Positions 1 to 8,547 are shown, numbered from the stretch's first letter. The stretch: DNA of 32,000 bases from Acaryochloris thomasi RCC1774 (GCF_003231495.1 NZ_PQWO01000002.1:390001-422000), one strand, 5' to 3'. Program-made: numbers and translations. The notes: generated by a model from the sequence alone, not told the origin.

Positions 1-183
1 GCGCTTCACTTCTTCGGCTTTGCGGAATTCGATTTGCTTGAGGACACCCTTGGTGACACGAACCCCCATCCCCTGAGGAATCAGGTAGTTGCGGGCATAA
101 CCGGGGGCTACCTCGACCAGTTGACCGGATGTGCCAAGTTTTTTGACATCTTGATTGAGGAGGAGCTGTATTCGTTTTGCCAT
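1..183 (-). CDS. rplI: 50S ribosomal protein L9, N-terminal part (CDS runs off the left edge of the window)
   Basis: Absent from the ORF track because there is no stop in the window. My reverse-strand translation from the ATG at 183..181 gives [61 protein letters not shown]. The [11 protein letters not shown] block is the classic L9 N-terminal domain signature. Confidence 0.85.
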   Translation of the reverse strand, partial: MAKRIQLLLNQDVKKLGTSGQLVEVAPGYARNYLIPQGMGVRVTKGVLKQIEFRKAEEVKR

Positions 184-275
184 GGCTGTAGGGGTGGGAA
201 TTATTTTGCAGTAACGATCCATATTACCCAAGAGTCTTTACCCTTTGCAATAATTGTGACGGATTTAGTTGTTAG

Positions 276-851
276 TTAAAAGATTCGCTGTAGCTTTAGA
301 ACAAAGCCGTGCAGGATATTCTCTCCGTCAAGCTGATGTGGCGAAGACAGCACTTCTTTCTGTTGCCCCTGTCTAAAAATCTCTACTTGTCGATCTTGAG
401 GGTTGAGGAGCCAGCCGAGGCGGGTGCCGTTATCGATATATTCCTGCATTTTGTCTTGCAGGGGGCGGAGTGTGTCGCTAGGTGATCTCAGTTCAATAAC
501 AAAGTCTGGGCATAGGGGCGGGAAGGTTCTGCGTTCTTCAAGTGTCAGGACATTCCACTTTGCCAGTGGAATCCAGGCGGCATCAGGTGAACGAAAGGCT
601 CCATTGGGCAAACGAAACATAGTGCTGGAATCGAAGGACTCCCCGGTGCCGTCTTGGTCAGTCCAGTTGCCGAGCTGCTGAGTTAGTCTGCGATTGCGAT
701 GTCCGCTTTCTCCGCCTGTGGGTGGCATAACAACTAATTCACCACTGGCAGTGCGTTCAAGTTTGGCGTCTGGATTGGCATGACAAAGCTTGAGGAATTG
801 TTGGTCAGTCAGTTGGACAAGTGGTTCTAGGGTCAGTGTGACTGTGTTCAT
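276..851 (-). CDS. Uma2 family (DUF820) PD-(D/E)XK-type endonuclease
   Basis: 191-aa ORF. The core PDFVIELRSPSD, together with the upstream GGESG and DAAW segments, matches the pattern of the Uma2/DUF820 putative restriction endonuclease family, which is highly expanded in cyanobacteria. Confidence 0.8.
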   Translation of the reverse strand: MNTVTLTLEPLVQLTDQQFLKLCHANPDAKLERTASGELVVMPPTGGESGHRNRRLTQQLGNWTDQDGTGESFDSSTMFRLPNGAFRSPDAAWIPLAKWNVLTLEERRTFPPLCPDFVIELRSPSDTLRPLQDKMQEYIDNGTRLGWLLNPQDRQVEIFRQGQQKEVLSSPHQLDGENILHGFVLKLQRIF

Positions 852-1007
852 TATGCTGCACCTCTAATGTCGAAATTGGGGCATTAGAACATTTTCTCTA
901 GTCTAGTCGCTATGGTCTCTGATATTTGTTGCCTGGACTTTGATGAGATCGCAACCCTGCACAATACTGTTTATTCTCATCACAAATTTTGCTGGCAAAA
1001 CAAGATG

Positions 1008-1244
1008 CTAAAGATAGCGCCGCTGAAATTGTGGGTCGATGCGATCGCATTTCTTACGGTTGCAGCGCTGACAAAGCGTATGCAGATTGCTGATATCGTT
1101 GGGGCCACCCTTCGCCAACGGAATGATGTGATCCACTTCTAAGGGAACGTGTGATTGGCTGCAGCTCTGACATTGGTGACCATCTCTAGCCAGGACATAA
1201 CTTCTGACACCTACAGGGATAGGAATGCGAGGTGTTTTATCCAT
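1008..1244 (-). CDS. minimal HNH endonuclease (78 aa)
   Basis: CQSC...EVDHIIPLAKGGPNDISNLHTLCQRCNRKK gives paired CxxC zinc ligands, the catalytic DH, and the N...H of the HNH beta-beta-alpha-metal fold. Its ATG lies 2 nt after the stop of the upstream gene. Confidence 0.85.
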   Translation of the reverse strand: MDKTPRIPIPVGVRSYVLARDGHQCQSCSQSHVPLEVDHIIPLAKGGPNDISNLHTLCQRCNRKKCDRIDPQFQRRYL

Positions 1245-1246
1245 GT

Positions 1247-1594
1247 CTACCCGTGACCATTTACTTGAGTCGTTTCTTGCCTCAGTGCATCTAAAGGAGA
1301 TTCTGTGCTTGATGCTTGTTCCGCAGCTGGTTCGTCAGTTGCCTCTTCTGGTGAATCTGGACAAAACTCGATGACAACCCGAAATTTGCCAGTTTGCCAA
1401 CCTTCACCATTTGGTCTTAATACATGACAGCTAAATCCTTCGCTGAATACTAGCTTCTCTTGATTACTTCTGGCCCATCCATCTTTCAAGTCAATCAATA
1501 GTTCCTTCGCTTTAAAGGTGTAAGGTAGACTCTTTGTTTCTCCGATGGGCGAAATTACATCACAGCTAGAAAGAATGACAGAATTTTTTTGCAT
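1247..1594 (-). CDS. divergent KGK-domain-like protein (unknown function)
   Basis: 115-aa ORF. EGWQTGKFRVVIEFCPDSPEE aligns with QGWQKGKVRFKVTLEFYPDEPE of the neighbouring paralogue. It has an acidic, low-complexity C-terminal tail. Confidence 0.6.
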   Translation of the reverse strand: MQKNSVILSSCDVISPIGETKSLPYTFKAKELLIDLKDGWARSNQEKLVFSEGFSCHVLRPNGEGWQTGKFRVVIEFCPDSPEEATDEPAAEQASSTESPLDALRQETTQVNGHG

Positions 1595-1613
1595 GGTATA
1601 CCTCGAAGGAAAA

Positions 1614-1988
1614 TTACTGGTTCTGATAGCTGCTAGGTTCTCTAAGAGCGTCTAGTCCTGATTCATTCATTTCTGGCTCGTCTGGATAAAACTCAAGCGT
1701 AACTTTGAATCTCACCTTGCCTTTCTGCCAGCCCTGAGAACTCGGTTCAAGAATTTCGCAGTCTAAACCATCGGTAAACCATGCTTCACGATAATTTTCT
1801 GGTTTGTCAATCGGGAACTTGCCACGGCCCTCATCCCAGATCATTTTGCCTAGTTGATTCAATCCGTGGTCTTGGAAAGCCGTTAACGCATATTGCATTA
1901 GCTCTTTTTGCTTGAACATATTAGAGCTAATCGAAACGGCTGTACCCTCGTCATTAAAGGGTTTAAATTTTGGATTGGAGTAGTTCAT
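1614..1988 (-). CDS. KGK domain protein (cyanobacteria-restricted domain of unknown function)
   Basis: The ORF track gives 1614..2051. I prefer the internal ATG at 1988 (MNYSNPKFKPF...), which aligns with the start of the upstream paralogue (MNNSDIQFESL...). It contains the eponymous GWQKGKVRF motif followed by LEFYPDEPE. Confidence 0.7.
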   Translation of the reverse strand: MNYSNPKFKPFNDEGTAVSISSNMFKQKELMQYALTAFQDHGLNQLGKMIWDEGRGKFPIDKPENYREAWFTDGLDCEILEPSSQGWQKGKVRFKVTLEFYPDEPEMNESGLDALREPSSYQNQ

Positions 1989-2077
1989 CGTTAATATTTT
2001 CAGTATGAGCAGTGGTTGATTCGATTTTGGGGGCCAAGATGCGGCTGCCAAGAGCAGCTGAAATTACCAAGATCTTC

Positions 2078-2418
2078 TTATCTCAGGGCATCTAGCTCTG
2101 ATTCATTCATTTCTGGCTTGTCTGGACAAAAGTCAAGAATGACTCTGAATCTCACCTTCCCTTTTGCTAGCCCTGAGAGTTAGCGCTTAGAAGCTCGCAC
2201 TCAAGACCTTTCTCAAACCAAGTCTTACCTGCATTAGCGGGAAATTTTCCCTGCCCTCTTTCTTCAACAATTTGCCCTAATCTTTCCAGCCCTTTAGTTC
2301 TAAAAGCTTCTAGGGTAAATTCCTTGAGTTCTGTCGGTTTCAACAGATTTGATTGCATCGAGATAACGGTTGTATCGCTATCGTTTAGGGATTCAAATTG
2401 AATGTCTGAGTTGTTCAT
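2078..2418 (-). pseudogene. KGK domain paralogue disrupted by a nonsense change plus a 1-nt deletion
   Basis: The track ORF 2167..2418 ends ...SANSQG*. Sense strand here reads cag ggc TAG ca- aaa ggg aag gtg aga ttc. The paralogue reads cag ggc TGG cag aaa ggc aag gtg aga ttc. After the frameshift the reading continues KGKVRFRVILDFCPDKPEMNESELDALR* to the TAA at 2078..2080. Confidence 0.65.
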
Positions 2419-2457
2419 TGCCGATGTTGTTGAAGTGAGCTGTGGTGGAATCTAGTG

Positions 2458-4977
2458 CTATCTTGAGTTCTGCCAGCCGTTTTGTCCCGTAGTCACCAAC
2501 TCTGAAATGACAGCCGGTGAGGCTTCTACGCCATTGAGTGATAGTTCCGGCTCGATGTCACCTAAAGAAGCAGTCATTGCAGGAACTAACGCTAAATCTG
2601 ACTCCTGAATTTCGGGCAGCTTTTGGCTTTGTTCTCCGAGCGGCATGATTCCCAGAGACTGTTTAACGCTGGTGATGGACTGGTTGTAGACCTCAATCTT
2701 TTGACGGACCGCCTCTTGCCTCCGCTGATTTTCTTTGAGTGTTTCTTCAGCTTCTGCCGCCAACGTTTTTGCCAAATAAAGACGGGCCTTTTGTTGCTGC
2801 TGCAGAATACTATCGGCCAGTTCCTGAGCAACTGGTAACAGATGATTGATCAAGGTCGTATTCACCGTTGGCCGAAAAGCGGTCATCACTGTTTTTTGTA
2901 CCTTTTGCTCAAAATCTAGCTTCAGTAGTTGTCGAATGGCAGGCTCAGCATCTACCATGCTTTGGTAGTCATAGCCACCGCAGGCTTGCTGCAGGGTTTG
3001 CCGAAGCTGCCAAACTGAAACGGTACCCTCAGCATAGAAATCGGGCTGTTCACGGACATAGCGATCGCACTCCACCTTCGCTTCATTGCGAATGGCATGG
3101 CAGGCTTGTTCCTGCAGTTTTGTGAGTTGTTGCTCAATGCCGCTATCGCTGCCTAGCACTCTTAGCAGTTCACTGTAATAGTCCTGCTGCTGAATCTTTT
3201 CCTTCAGATGCTGGAAAAAACAGACGACCAGCTCTTGCGATGCATCAACTAAAGTTTCTTCTAGACCATCCGCTAGATAATAAAAGGCTTCTGCCAAGAT
3301 GCCCAGCAACGGCACCACAGCATGGCGCTTGTGGGTCGCTTGGGCCTGTTCATGAACACTGGCAACCAAAAAGCTGCTTAGTAACTCATCTAGCTGCTTC
3401 ACCATGCGGCTTTGAAGCTTGATGAAGCTGCCTTCAAAAGCCTGATTATTTTTGCTGGCTGCGATCTGGGTGAGTTCTTGCTCAAGATGCGTTTGCAGAG
3501 CATCGCCAATCTTTTTAAGGATTGGATTAATTTGACGGAGTTCTTTTTCTTGAATCGCTTCCACATTACGGGGCTGGCTATCGAAGTGCTGCCAAGTCTC
3601 GATATAGGTTTGGCGCAAACCTTGGCAAAGCGGTGAAAGATCATCAACCAGCGCTGCAAACAGTTGAGGTCGCTTCTCTTCCGTTAGATAGCGGGTGATC
3701 GCGCTGCGGAAGTTTTCGACGCCGCTGTCTTTAACCAATTGCTCAATCAGCGGGGTGCCGTTCTCTGTGAGAATCCGTACGTAATTTTCATTCGGGCGCT
3801 CGTAGCCTCTCGCTTCTGGCCGGAAGGGACTGCCGATCAGCTTGCCAGAAGTGGCACAGTAGTTATTGAATTCAGTGACGAACAGGGGCGCTTCCTCTTG
3901 AGCGCTACTTCCTTTAATCTCTTCTGCAAATAGCGTGTCGAGGCCAAAGCGATTGCTCCGATCTGTCTTTCTAATCTGGCTACCGTAAAATCCTAAGAGA
4001 CCACTGGTTTGATAAACGCGATCGCTATTCTGGAACTGTTTGTGCAGAATCGATTCTAGGCGCTGGCGCAGTTGAGGGTTGTACCAAGTCTTATCGATGC
4101 GGTTGAAGGTGTAGAAAACGCGATTGCGAATCCCAGGATTAGAGCGAACCGTTTCCAGTAGCTCTGTCTCTTCTGTGGTGAGTTCCCCTGTTTCAGCAGG
4201 CTTCAAGACACAGACTACAGCAGACGTATCTGGATCTCTGATCCTGTCATAGGTCAGTTCAGCATCTTTTTTGACCGGAGCATCAATTCCAGGCGTGTCA
4301 ATCAGAACGTTGCCGTCTTTCAGTAATTCGTCATGGCAGTAGTACTCAATTCGCTTAAGAACTGCACTGTTAGCTCCTCTACGGGCATAGCCAGCTGCCT
4401 CCTGAAGCGTTGAGAAACTGAAATGTTCCATCGGATAGGTCGCATTCGCTTCTGGCTGGATATAGTTTTCGTTATGCATATATCCCTCAATTAAGAGGTC
4501 TAAAGCAGAAGCGCGTTTCGCTCTGTCTGAACGACTTTCTCCGCCTTCTTCTTGAATGACTTGTTGGCAGGTTGCTTGTACGCTTTTGAGATCTCCTACA
4601 ACGGTGCCATCGATCATAAAGCCTAGACTCTGAATGAGGAGTCGAGCCTGTTCAAAGATTTCAACGTGACTCAGAAAAGTAAGGATTACTCGCTCTTGTC
4701 CCTGCTCAGCGTAGGCAATCTGGCATTCTGTCCCCGTTGCGTGCCCTTCCGCGCTGTAGAGCAACTTGCGCTCTAGCAAAGCGTTGATTAGCATTGACTT
4801 CCCAGCACTAAAAGCGCCTGCAAACACAATCTCAAAGGTGGGCGACACAGCTTTGCGGAGTGAGCTTTGAATTGCGGAAACATCCTGTGAGTGTAAATCT
4901 GGCTCTTGATAGGCTAGCTCTAAAAGCTGATGGACTTGATCTTGGAGGTTCAGATTCGTATCAACAGATTGAGTCAT
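2458..4977 (-). CDS. bacterial dynamin-like protein (dynamin-family large GTPase, 839 aa)
   Basis: G1 is FAGAFSAGKSMLINALL, G3 is LIDTPGIDAP, and G4-like is TFNRID. These are followed by about 500 aa of helical/coiled-coil stalk (for example QQQQKARLYLAKTLAAEAEETLKENQRRQEAVRQKIE). This is BDLP/DynA-type architecture. Confidence 0.85.
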   Translation of the reverse strand: MTQSVDTNLNLQDQVHQLLELAYQEPDLHSQDVSAIQSSLRKAVSPTFEIVFAGAFSAGKSMLINALLERKLLYSAEGHATGTECQIAYAEQGQERVILTFLSHVEIFEQARLLIQSLGFMIDGTVVGDLKSVQATCQQVIQEEGGESRSDRAKRASALDLLIEGYMHNENYIQPEANATYPMEHFSFSTLQEAAGYARRGANSAVLKRIEYYCHDELLKDGNVLIDTPGIDAPVKKDAELTYDRIRDPDTSAVVCVLKPAETGELTTEETELLETVRSNPGIRNRVFYTFNRIDKTWYNPQLRQRLESILHKQFQNSDRVYQTSGLLGFYGSQIRKTDRSNRFGLDTLFAEEIKGSSAQEEAPLFVTEFNNYCATSGKLIGSPFRPEARGYERPNENYVRILTENGTPLIEQLVKDSGVENFRSAITRYLTEEKRPQLFAALVDDLSPLCQGLRQTYIETWQHFDSQPRNVEAIQEKELRQINPILKKIGDALQTHLEQELTQIAASKNNQAFEGSFIKLQSRMVKQLDELLSSFLVASVHEQAQATHKRHAVVPLLGILAEAFYYLADGLEETLVDASQELVVCFFQHLKEKIQQQDYYSELLRVLGSDSGIEQQLTKLQEQACHAIRNEAKVECDRYVREQPDFYAEGTVSVWQLRQTLQQACGGYDYQSMVDAEPAIRQLLKLDFEQKVQKTVMTAFRPTVNTTLINHLLPVAQELADSILQQQQKARLYLAKTLAAEAEETLKENQRRQEAVRQKIEVYNQSITSVKQSLGIMPLGEQSQKLPEIQESDLALVPAMTASLGDIEPELSLNGVEASPAVISELVTTGQNGWQNSR

Positions 4978-5076
4978 AGGAATAGAGGCAAGAACGCGAG
5001 GAGGTCTAAGTTGCCTTTAGGGTGCCCCTACACTTCTGATAATCAGACAGTAATCTGTGCTGTATCCATTAGTCGT

Positions 5077-5095
5077 TATACTTGTCATACAAGTA
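5077..5095 (+). promoter_or_regulatory. putative -10 box (TATACT) overlapped by a perfect palindrome, TACTTGT-CAT-ACAAGTA; candidate antitoxin operator
   Basis: 7-bp inverted arms with a 3-bp spacer at 5079..5095. This sits 17 nt upstream of the RHH antitoxin ATG (5112). TATACT is at 5077..5082. Confidence 0.4.
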
Positions 5096-5111
5096 GTGCA
5101 AGGGGTGCTCT

Positions 5112-5369
5112 ATGCTTACGGTCAGACTCAATGAAGAAACTGAACGACAGCTTGCTGAGCTGTTAGCTCATGAGACGAATGCTAATCGCAGCGACCTGAT
5201 TAAACGGCTCATTCGTGAGCGCTGGCTGAGCTTGCAACTGGGTAAGACAATCGTGGAGCGGCGAGGTGGACATCCTCAGCATCTCTTAACGGATGCGTCG
5301 CCAGATCGCTCTGAACGCTCCAATCGAAAGCAAGCGATCGCAAACTATTTACAAAATCGCCATTCGTGA
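5112..5369 (+). CDS. ribbon-helix-helix (CopG/VapB-like) antitoxin
   Basis: The N-terminus MLTVRLNEETERQLAELLAHETNANRSDLIKRLIRERW shows the typical RHH beta-strand plus two-helix pattern. Its stop overlaps the start of the downstream PIN gene (GTGA overlap). Confidence 0.75.
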   Translation: MLTVRLNEETERQLAELLAHETNANRSDLIKRLIRERWLSLQLGKTIVERRGGHPQHLLTDASPDRSERSNRKQAIANYLQNRHS

Positions 5370-5797
5370 CCTATCACCCGGTCATCTTGATCGACAGCGG
5401 TATTTTGTTCGCGTACTATAGCGCCAGCGATCATCATCATGTGTCTGTGTGTACCTTTTTTGAGCAATGCACTAGCCGGTTACTGACAACGCCAAGCTAC
5501 ATCACTGAAGTGATGTGGCTGCTGAGTGCCCAGTGGCAAACCCAGAATGAATTCTTGCTCGATGTTGCGAAGGAAATTTATGAGTGTGCAACGCTACTCC
5601 CCCAGGACTTCTGTCGGATTGCGGAGCTGAATGCTCAGTATGCAGATCTACCGGGTGACTTTGCAGATTTAACTCTCGTTGCACTTTCTGAGCGCCTAGA
5701 TATCTCTGCCATTGCAACGCTAGATAGCGATTTTAATCTGTACCGACGGTATCGAAAGCAGCCCTTCGATCGCGTATTTTTGCCAGAGTACTCATAG
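5366..5797 (+). CDS. PIN-domain (VapC-like) toxin ribonuclease
   Basis: 143 aa. The conserved acidic positions are in the expected order: ILIDSG (D), ITEVMW (E), DLTLVAL (D), TLDSDF (D). It is translationally coupled to the RHH gene. Confidence 0.8.
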   Translation: MTYHPVILIDSGILFAYYSASDHHHVSVCTFFEQCTSRLLTTPSYITEVMWLLSAQWQTQNEFLLDVAKEIYECATLLPQDFCRIAELNAQYADLPGDFADLTLVALSERLDISAIATLDSDFNLYRRYRKQPFDRVFLPEYS

Positions 5798-6005
5798 ATG
5801 CATCTGGAACCCACGCATTCATTTCACACTCACTACGACAATTCCAGTCACCACAACGAACCTGCTATGAAGCGGTTTGATCGATTACGGAGCGATAGAG
5901 AGGGGCAAGTACAGCCTTTGTTTGAGATTATTACCCTACAAAGTTTAGAACATCCATCTCAACACACTTTGGGAATACTGGAGTCAACACTGATTCTGCG
6001 AAGGC

Positions 6006-6236
6006 ATGGCAATACTGCTACTGGTAGGAATTTGGATGATTGTCCTTGCAACCGTCGGGCTGCGAGAGCTGATGCTCTCGATTCAGTCAGGCGTTTTGAA
6101 AGGTAAGCATAACTTCAGAACCTATCGAGCGACAGCGCCCGGCAGCTTCTGGTATGGCATTTGCATCCTGGGGGTGGTGATTTTTGTGATGTATTATTTT
6201 GGTCTCTGCTTCTTACGCTCGGCACTGATGCCTTAG
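6006..6236 (+). CDS. small hypothetical membrane protein (two predicted TM helices)
   Basis: 76-aa ORF with two hydrophobic stretches, AILLLVGIWMIVLATVGL and FWYGICILGVVIFVMYYFGLCFL. I recognise no family, and it is weakly supported. Confidence 0.35.
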   Translation: MAILLLVGIWMIVLATVGLRELMLSIQSGVLKGKHNFRTYRATAPGSFWYGICILGVVIFVMYYFGLCFLRSALMP

Positions 6237-6291
6237 CACAATGTCACTCTCCACACTTTGCCCCTTTATTTAATGGCTGAAATAGGTTTTA

Positions 6292-8547
6292 GTGGAGGCG
6301 ATCGCAACTCTCAAAACCCCTATGGTCGCCCAAACATCCAAAAACACCGGCTTTGACCAGCTCCACGAACAGGTTCAGCGCTGGATTTATGCCCAAGGCT
6401 GGCCGGGACTTCGACCGATCCAAGACGCCGCCGTCTCCCCGATTCTATCTCGCAAATCTGATGTAATCATCACCGCCGCTACCGCAGGGGGTAAAACTGA
6501 AGCCGCTTTTCTACCCGTCTTTTCTCAACTCGTCACCCATCCCGGTAAAAGTATCCAGGTCATTGGCCTAAGTCCCCTCAAGGCCCTCATCAACGACCAG
6601 CATCGACGGCTGGCAGAAATCGGAGAAGGCTTAAGGATTCCAGTCAACGCTTGGCATGGTGACATCGCCTCTGGGAAAAAGAAGCGCGTCCTAGAAAACC
6701 CTGCTGGAGTGGTTCTGATTACCCCTGAATCGTTAGAAGCTCTATTTGTACTCAGAGGCACGCAGCTTGCCGAGCTATTTAAAGATCTGCAGTACATCGT
6801 CATTGATGAAATGCATTCCTTCATTGGCTCTGAGCGAGGCCGACAGATGCAGTCCTTGATGCATCGGGTGGAGCTTGTTGTGGGTAAGCGGGTCATGCGC
6901 GTGGGCCTGAGTGCAACGCTGGGCGATATGTCCCTGGCTGCTGAGTTCTTACGGCCCGGTCATGGTGATGGCGTACAGCTCATTCAGTCAGGCGGCAAAG
7001 ATCAGGACATCAAGCTACAGATCCGAGGGTATGTAAAGCCTGCGTTTGAAGATGACGACGATGTAGATGAAGTACCCAAGGATGAAATGGATCTGCAGCC
7101 TTCTGCGGATGCGATCGCAATTGCGGGTGATTTGTTCAAAGCTTTGCGGGGCGATAAAAACCTGATCTTCATCAACAGCCGTCGTCAGGTGGAGCGGTAT
7201 GCCGATCTGCTGCGATATATGTCCATTGAGCGGCGGGTGCCCAATGAGTTTTTGCCCCACCACGGCAGTCTTGCTAAGGAGCTACGCCAAGAAGCGGAAG
7301 ATGCCCTCAAAGCAGAAGATCGACCGTCCAATGTCATTTGTACAATGACGCTGGAAATGGGCATTGATGTGGGTTCGGTGAAGTCTATTGCTCAGGTGGG
7401 TCCGCCTAGCTCAGTGGCGAGTACCTGTCAGCGCTTGGGACGCTCAGGCCGACGGGCGGGGGAGTCTGCCATTATGCGGGTGTACATTTCAGAACCGGAG
7501 GTAACGCCCAGTACGCCGATTACGAACAGCCTGTATTTTGATTTGGTGCAGGCGATCGCAATCTTCACACTTTTGCTAGAAGGCTGGTTCGAGCCCCCCA
7601 TCATCGGACGCCTGCAGCTCTCGACCCTCATTCAGCAGCTTCTGTCTTTGATTGCTCAGCAAAGCGGCGTCAGACCGGACCAGGCTTGGGACTTCCTCTG
7701 TCGTACAGGCCCCTTTGCCGCCGTCGATCAAGATATCTTTATGGAGCTGCTGCGGACCCTCGGCCACCACGATCTGATCCAGCAAAGTCAGGATGGCTTG
7801 CTTCTACTCGGTATAAAAGGCGAAAAACAGGTTAATCACTATACGTTTTATACAGCGTTCGCCACCCAAGACGAATACCACCTAGTCTCAGATGGCCGAA
7901 CTCTAGGTTCCTTGCCGGTTCGGTCGCCTTTGGTCGAGGGAATGTTTCTGATTTTTGCCGGTCGCCGTTGGGAAGTGATGAGCGTCGATGAACACCGAGG
8001 CAAAGTTGAAGTGATCGGAGCCTCCTCCGGTAAAGCCCCAGATTTTGGAGGTTCTAGCGGTTTTGTACATGATAGATTGCGTCAAACCATGTATAAAATC
8101 TATCTCTCGGATCAGATTCCAGGGTTTCTAGATGAAACGGCCCGTGATTTGCTGCAGACGGCGCGGCAGCAGTTTCGCGACCAGGGCCTGCATCAGACTC
8201 AGGCCCTGGAAGATGGCCGTAGTACTTTGCTATTCCCTTGGCGGGGGAGCGTGATTACGAACACGTTGTTTGTACAGCTATTGGATCGAGGATTGAAGGT
8301 GCAGAACCAAGGGGTGACGCTGAAGGTAAATGGTCTGGATGGGGAAGGGTTGCGATCTCATCTCTTAGAGCTCCTCAACCAAGGCCCCGCTGATCCAGTG
8401 GAGCTAGCGGCAGCCGTCAAAAACAAACGCAACGATAAGTACGACCGCTTTCTCAGTGACGACCTGCTCTGTCGCAACTACGCCGCCAGCCACCTCGATG
8501 CCCAAGGGGCCTGGAGTGTGCTAGAGGAATTATTGGAATCGATCTAA
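6292..8547 (+). CDS. Lhr-like DEAD/DEAH-box (DExH) superfamily 2 helicase
   Basis: Motif I is TAATAGGKTEAAFLP, followed by SPLKALINDQ. Motif II is VIDEMH and motif III is SATLG. Then HHGSLAKELRQEAE, TLEMGIDVG, and motif VI QRLGRSGRR. A ~320-aa C-terminal region follows the core. The start is either GTG 6292 or ATG 6322. Confidence 0.85.
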   Translation: MEAIATLKTPMVAQTSKNTGFDQLHEQVQRWIYAQGWPGLRPIQDAAVSPILSRKSDVIITAATAGGKTEAAFLPVFSQLVTHPGKSIQVIGLSPLKALINDQHRRLAEIGEGLRIPVNAWHGDIASGKKKRVLENPAGVVLITPESLEALFVLRGTQLAELFKDLQYIVIDEMHSFIGSERGRQMQSLMHRVELVVGKRVMRVGLSATLGDMSLAAEFLRPGHGDGVQLIQSGGKDQDIKLQIRGYVKPAFEDDDDVDEVPKDEMDLQPSADAIAIAGDLFKALRGDKNLIFINSRRQVERYADLLRYMSIERRVPNEFLPHHGSLAKELRQEAEDALKAEDRPSNVICTMTLEMGIDVGSVKSIAQVGPPSSVASTCQRLGRSGRRAGESAIMRVYISEPEVTPSTPITNSLYFDLVQAIAIFTLLLEGWFEPPIIGRLQLSTLIQQLLSLIAQQSGVRPDQAWDFLCRTGPFAAVDQDIFMELLRTLGHHDLIQQSQDGLLLLGIKGEKQVNHYTFYTAFATQDEYHLVSDGRTLGSLPVRSPLVEGMFLIFAGRRWEVMSVDEHRGKVEVIGASSGKAPDFGGSSGFVHDRLRQTMYKIYLSDQIPGFLDETARDLLQTARQQFRDQGLHQTQALEDGRSTLLFPWRGSVITNTLFVQLLDRGLKVQNQGVTLKVNGLDGEGLRSHLLELLNQGPADPVELAAAVKNKRNDKYDRFLSDDLLCRNYAASHLDAQGAWSVLEELLESI

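Noticed and set aside
34-279. 81-aa plus-strand ORF at the left edge
   Set aside because: It is the antisense shadow of the clearly recognisable rplI N-terminus on the minus strand.
2592-3933. Multiple 60-90-aa ORFs on both strands inside the dynamin-like GTPase gene (2592..2831, 2623..2838, 2868..3125, 2952..3137, 3240..3422, 3399..3659, 3412..3636, 3739..3933)
   Set aside because: All are nested in the 839-aa ORF and have biased, low-complexity composition. They are typical frame shadows of a long gene.
5798-6106. 102-aa ORF immediately after the PIN toxin gene
   Set aside because: It is His/Arg-rich with low complexity and has no recognisable motif. It overlaps the more plausible two-TM ORF at 6006..6236 in another frame. 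I did not list it as a gene, but it cannot be excluded.
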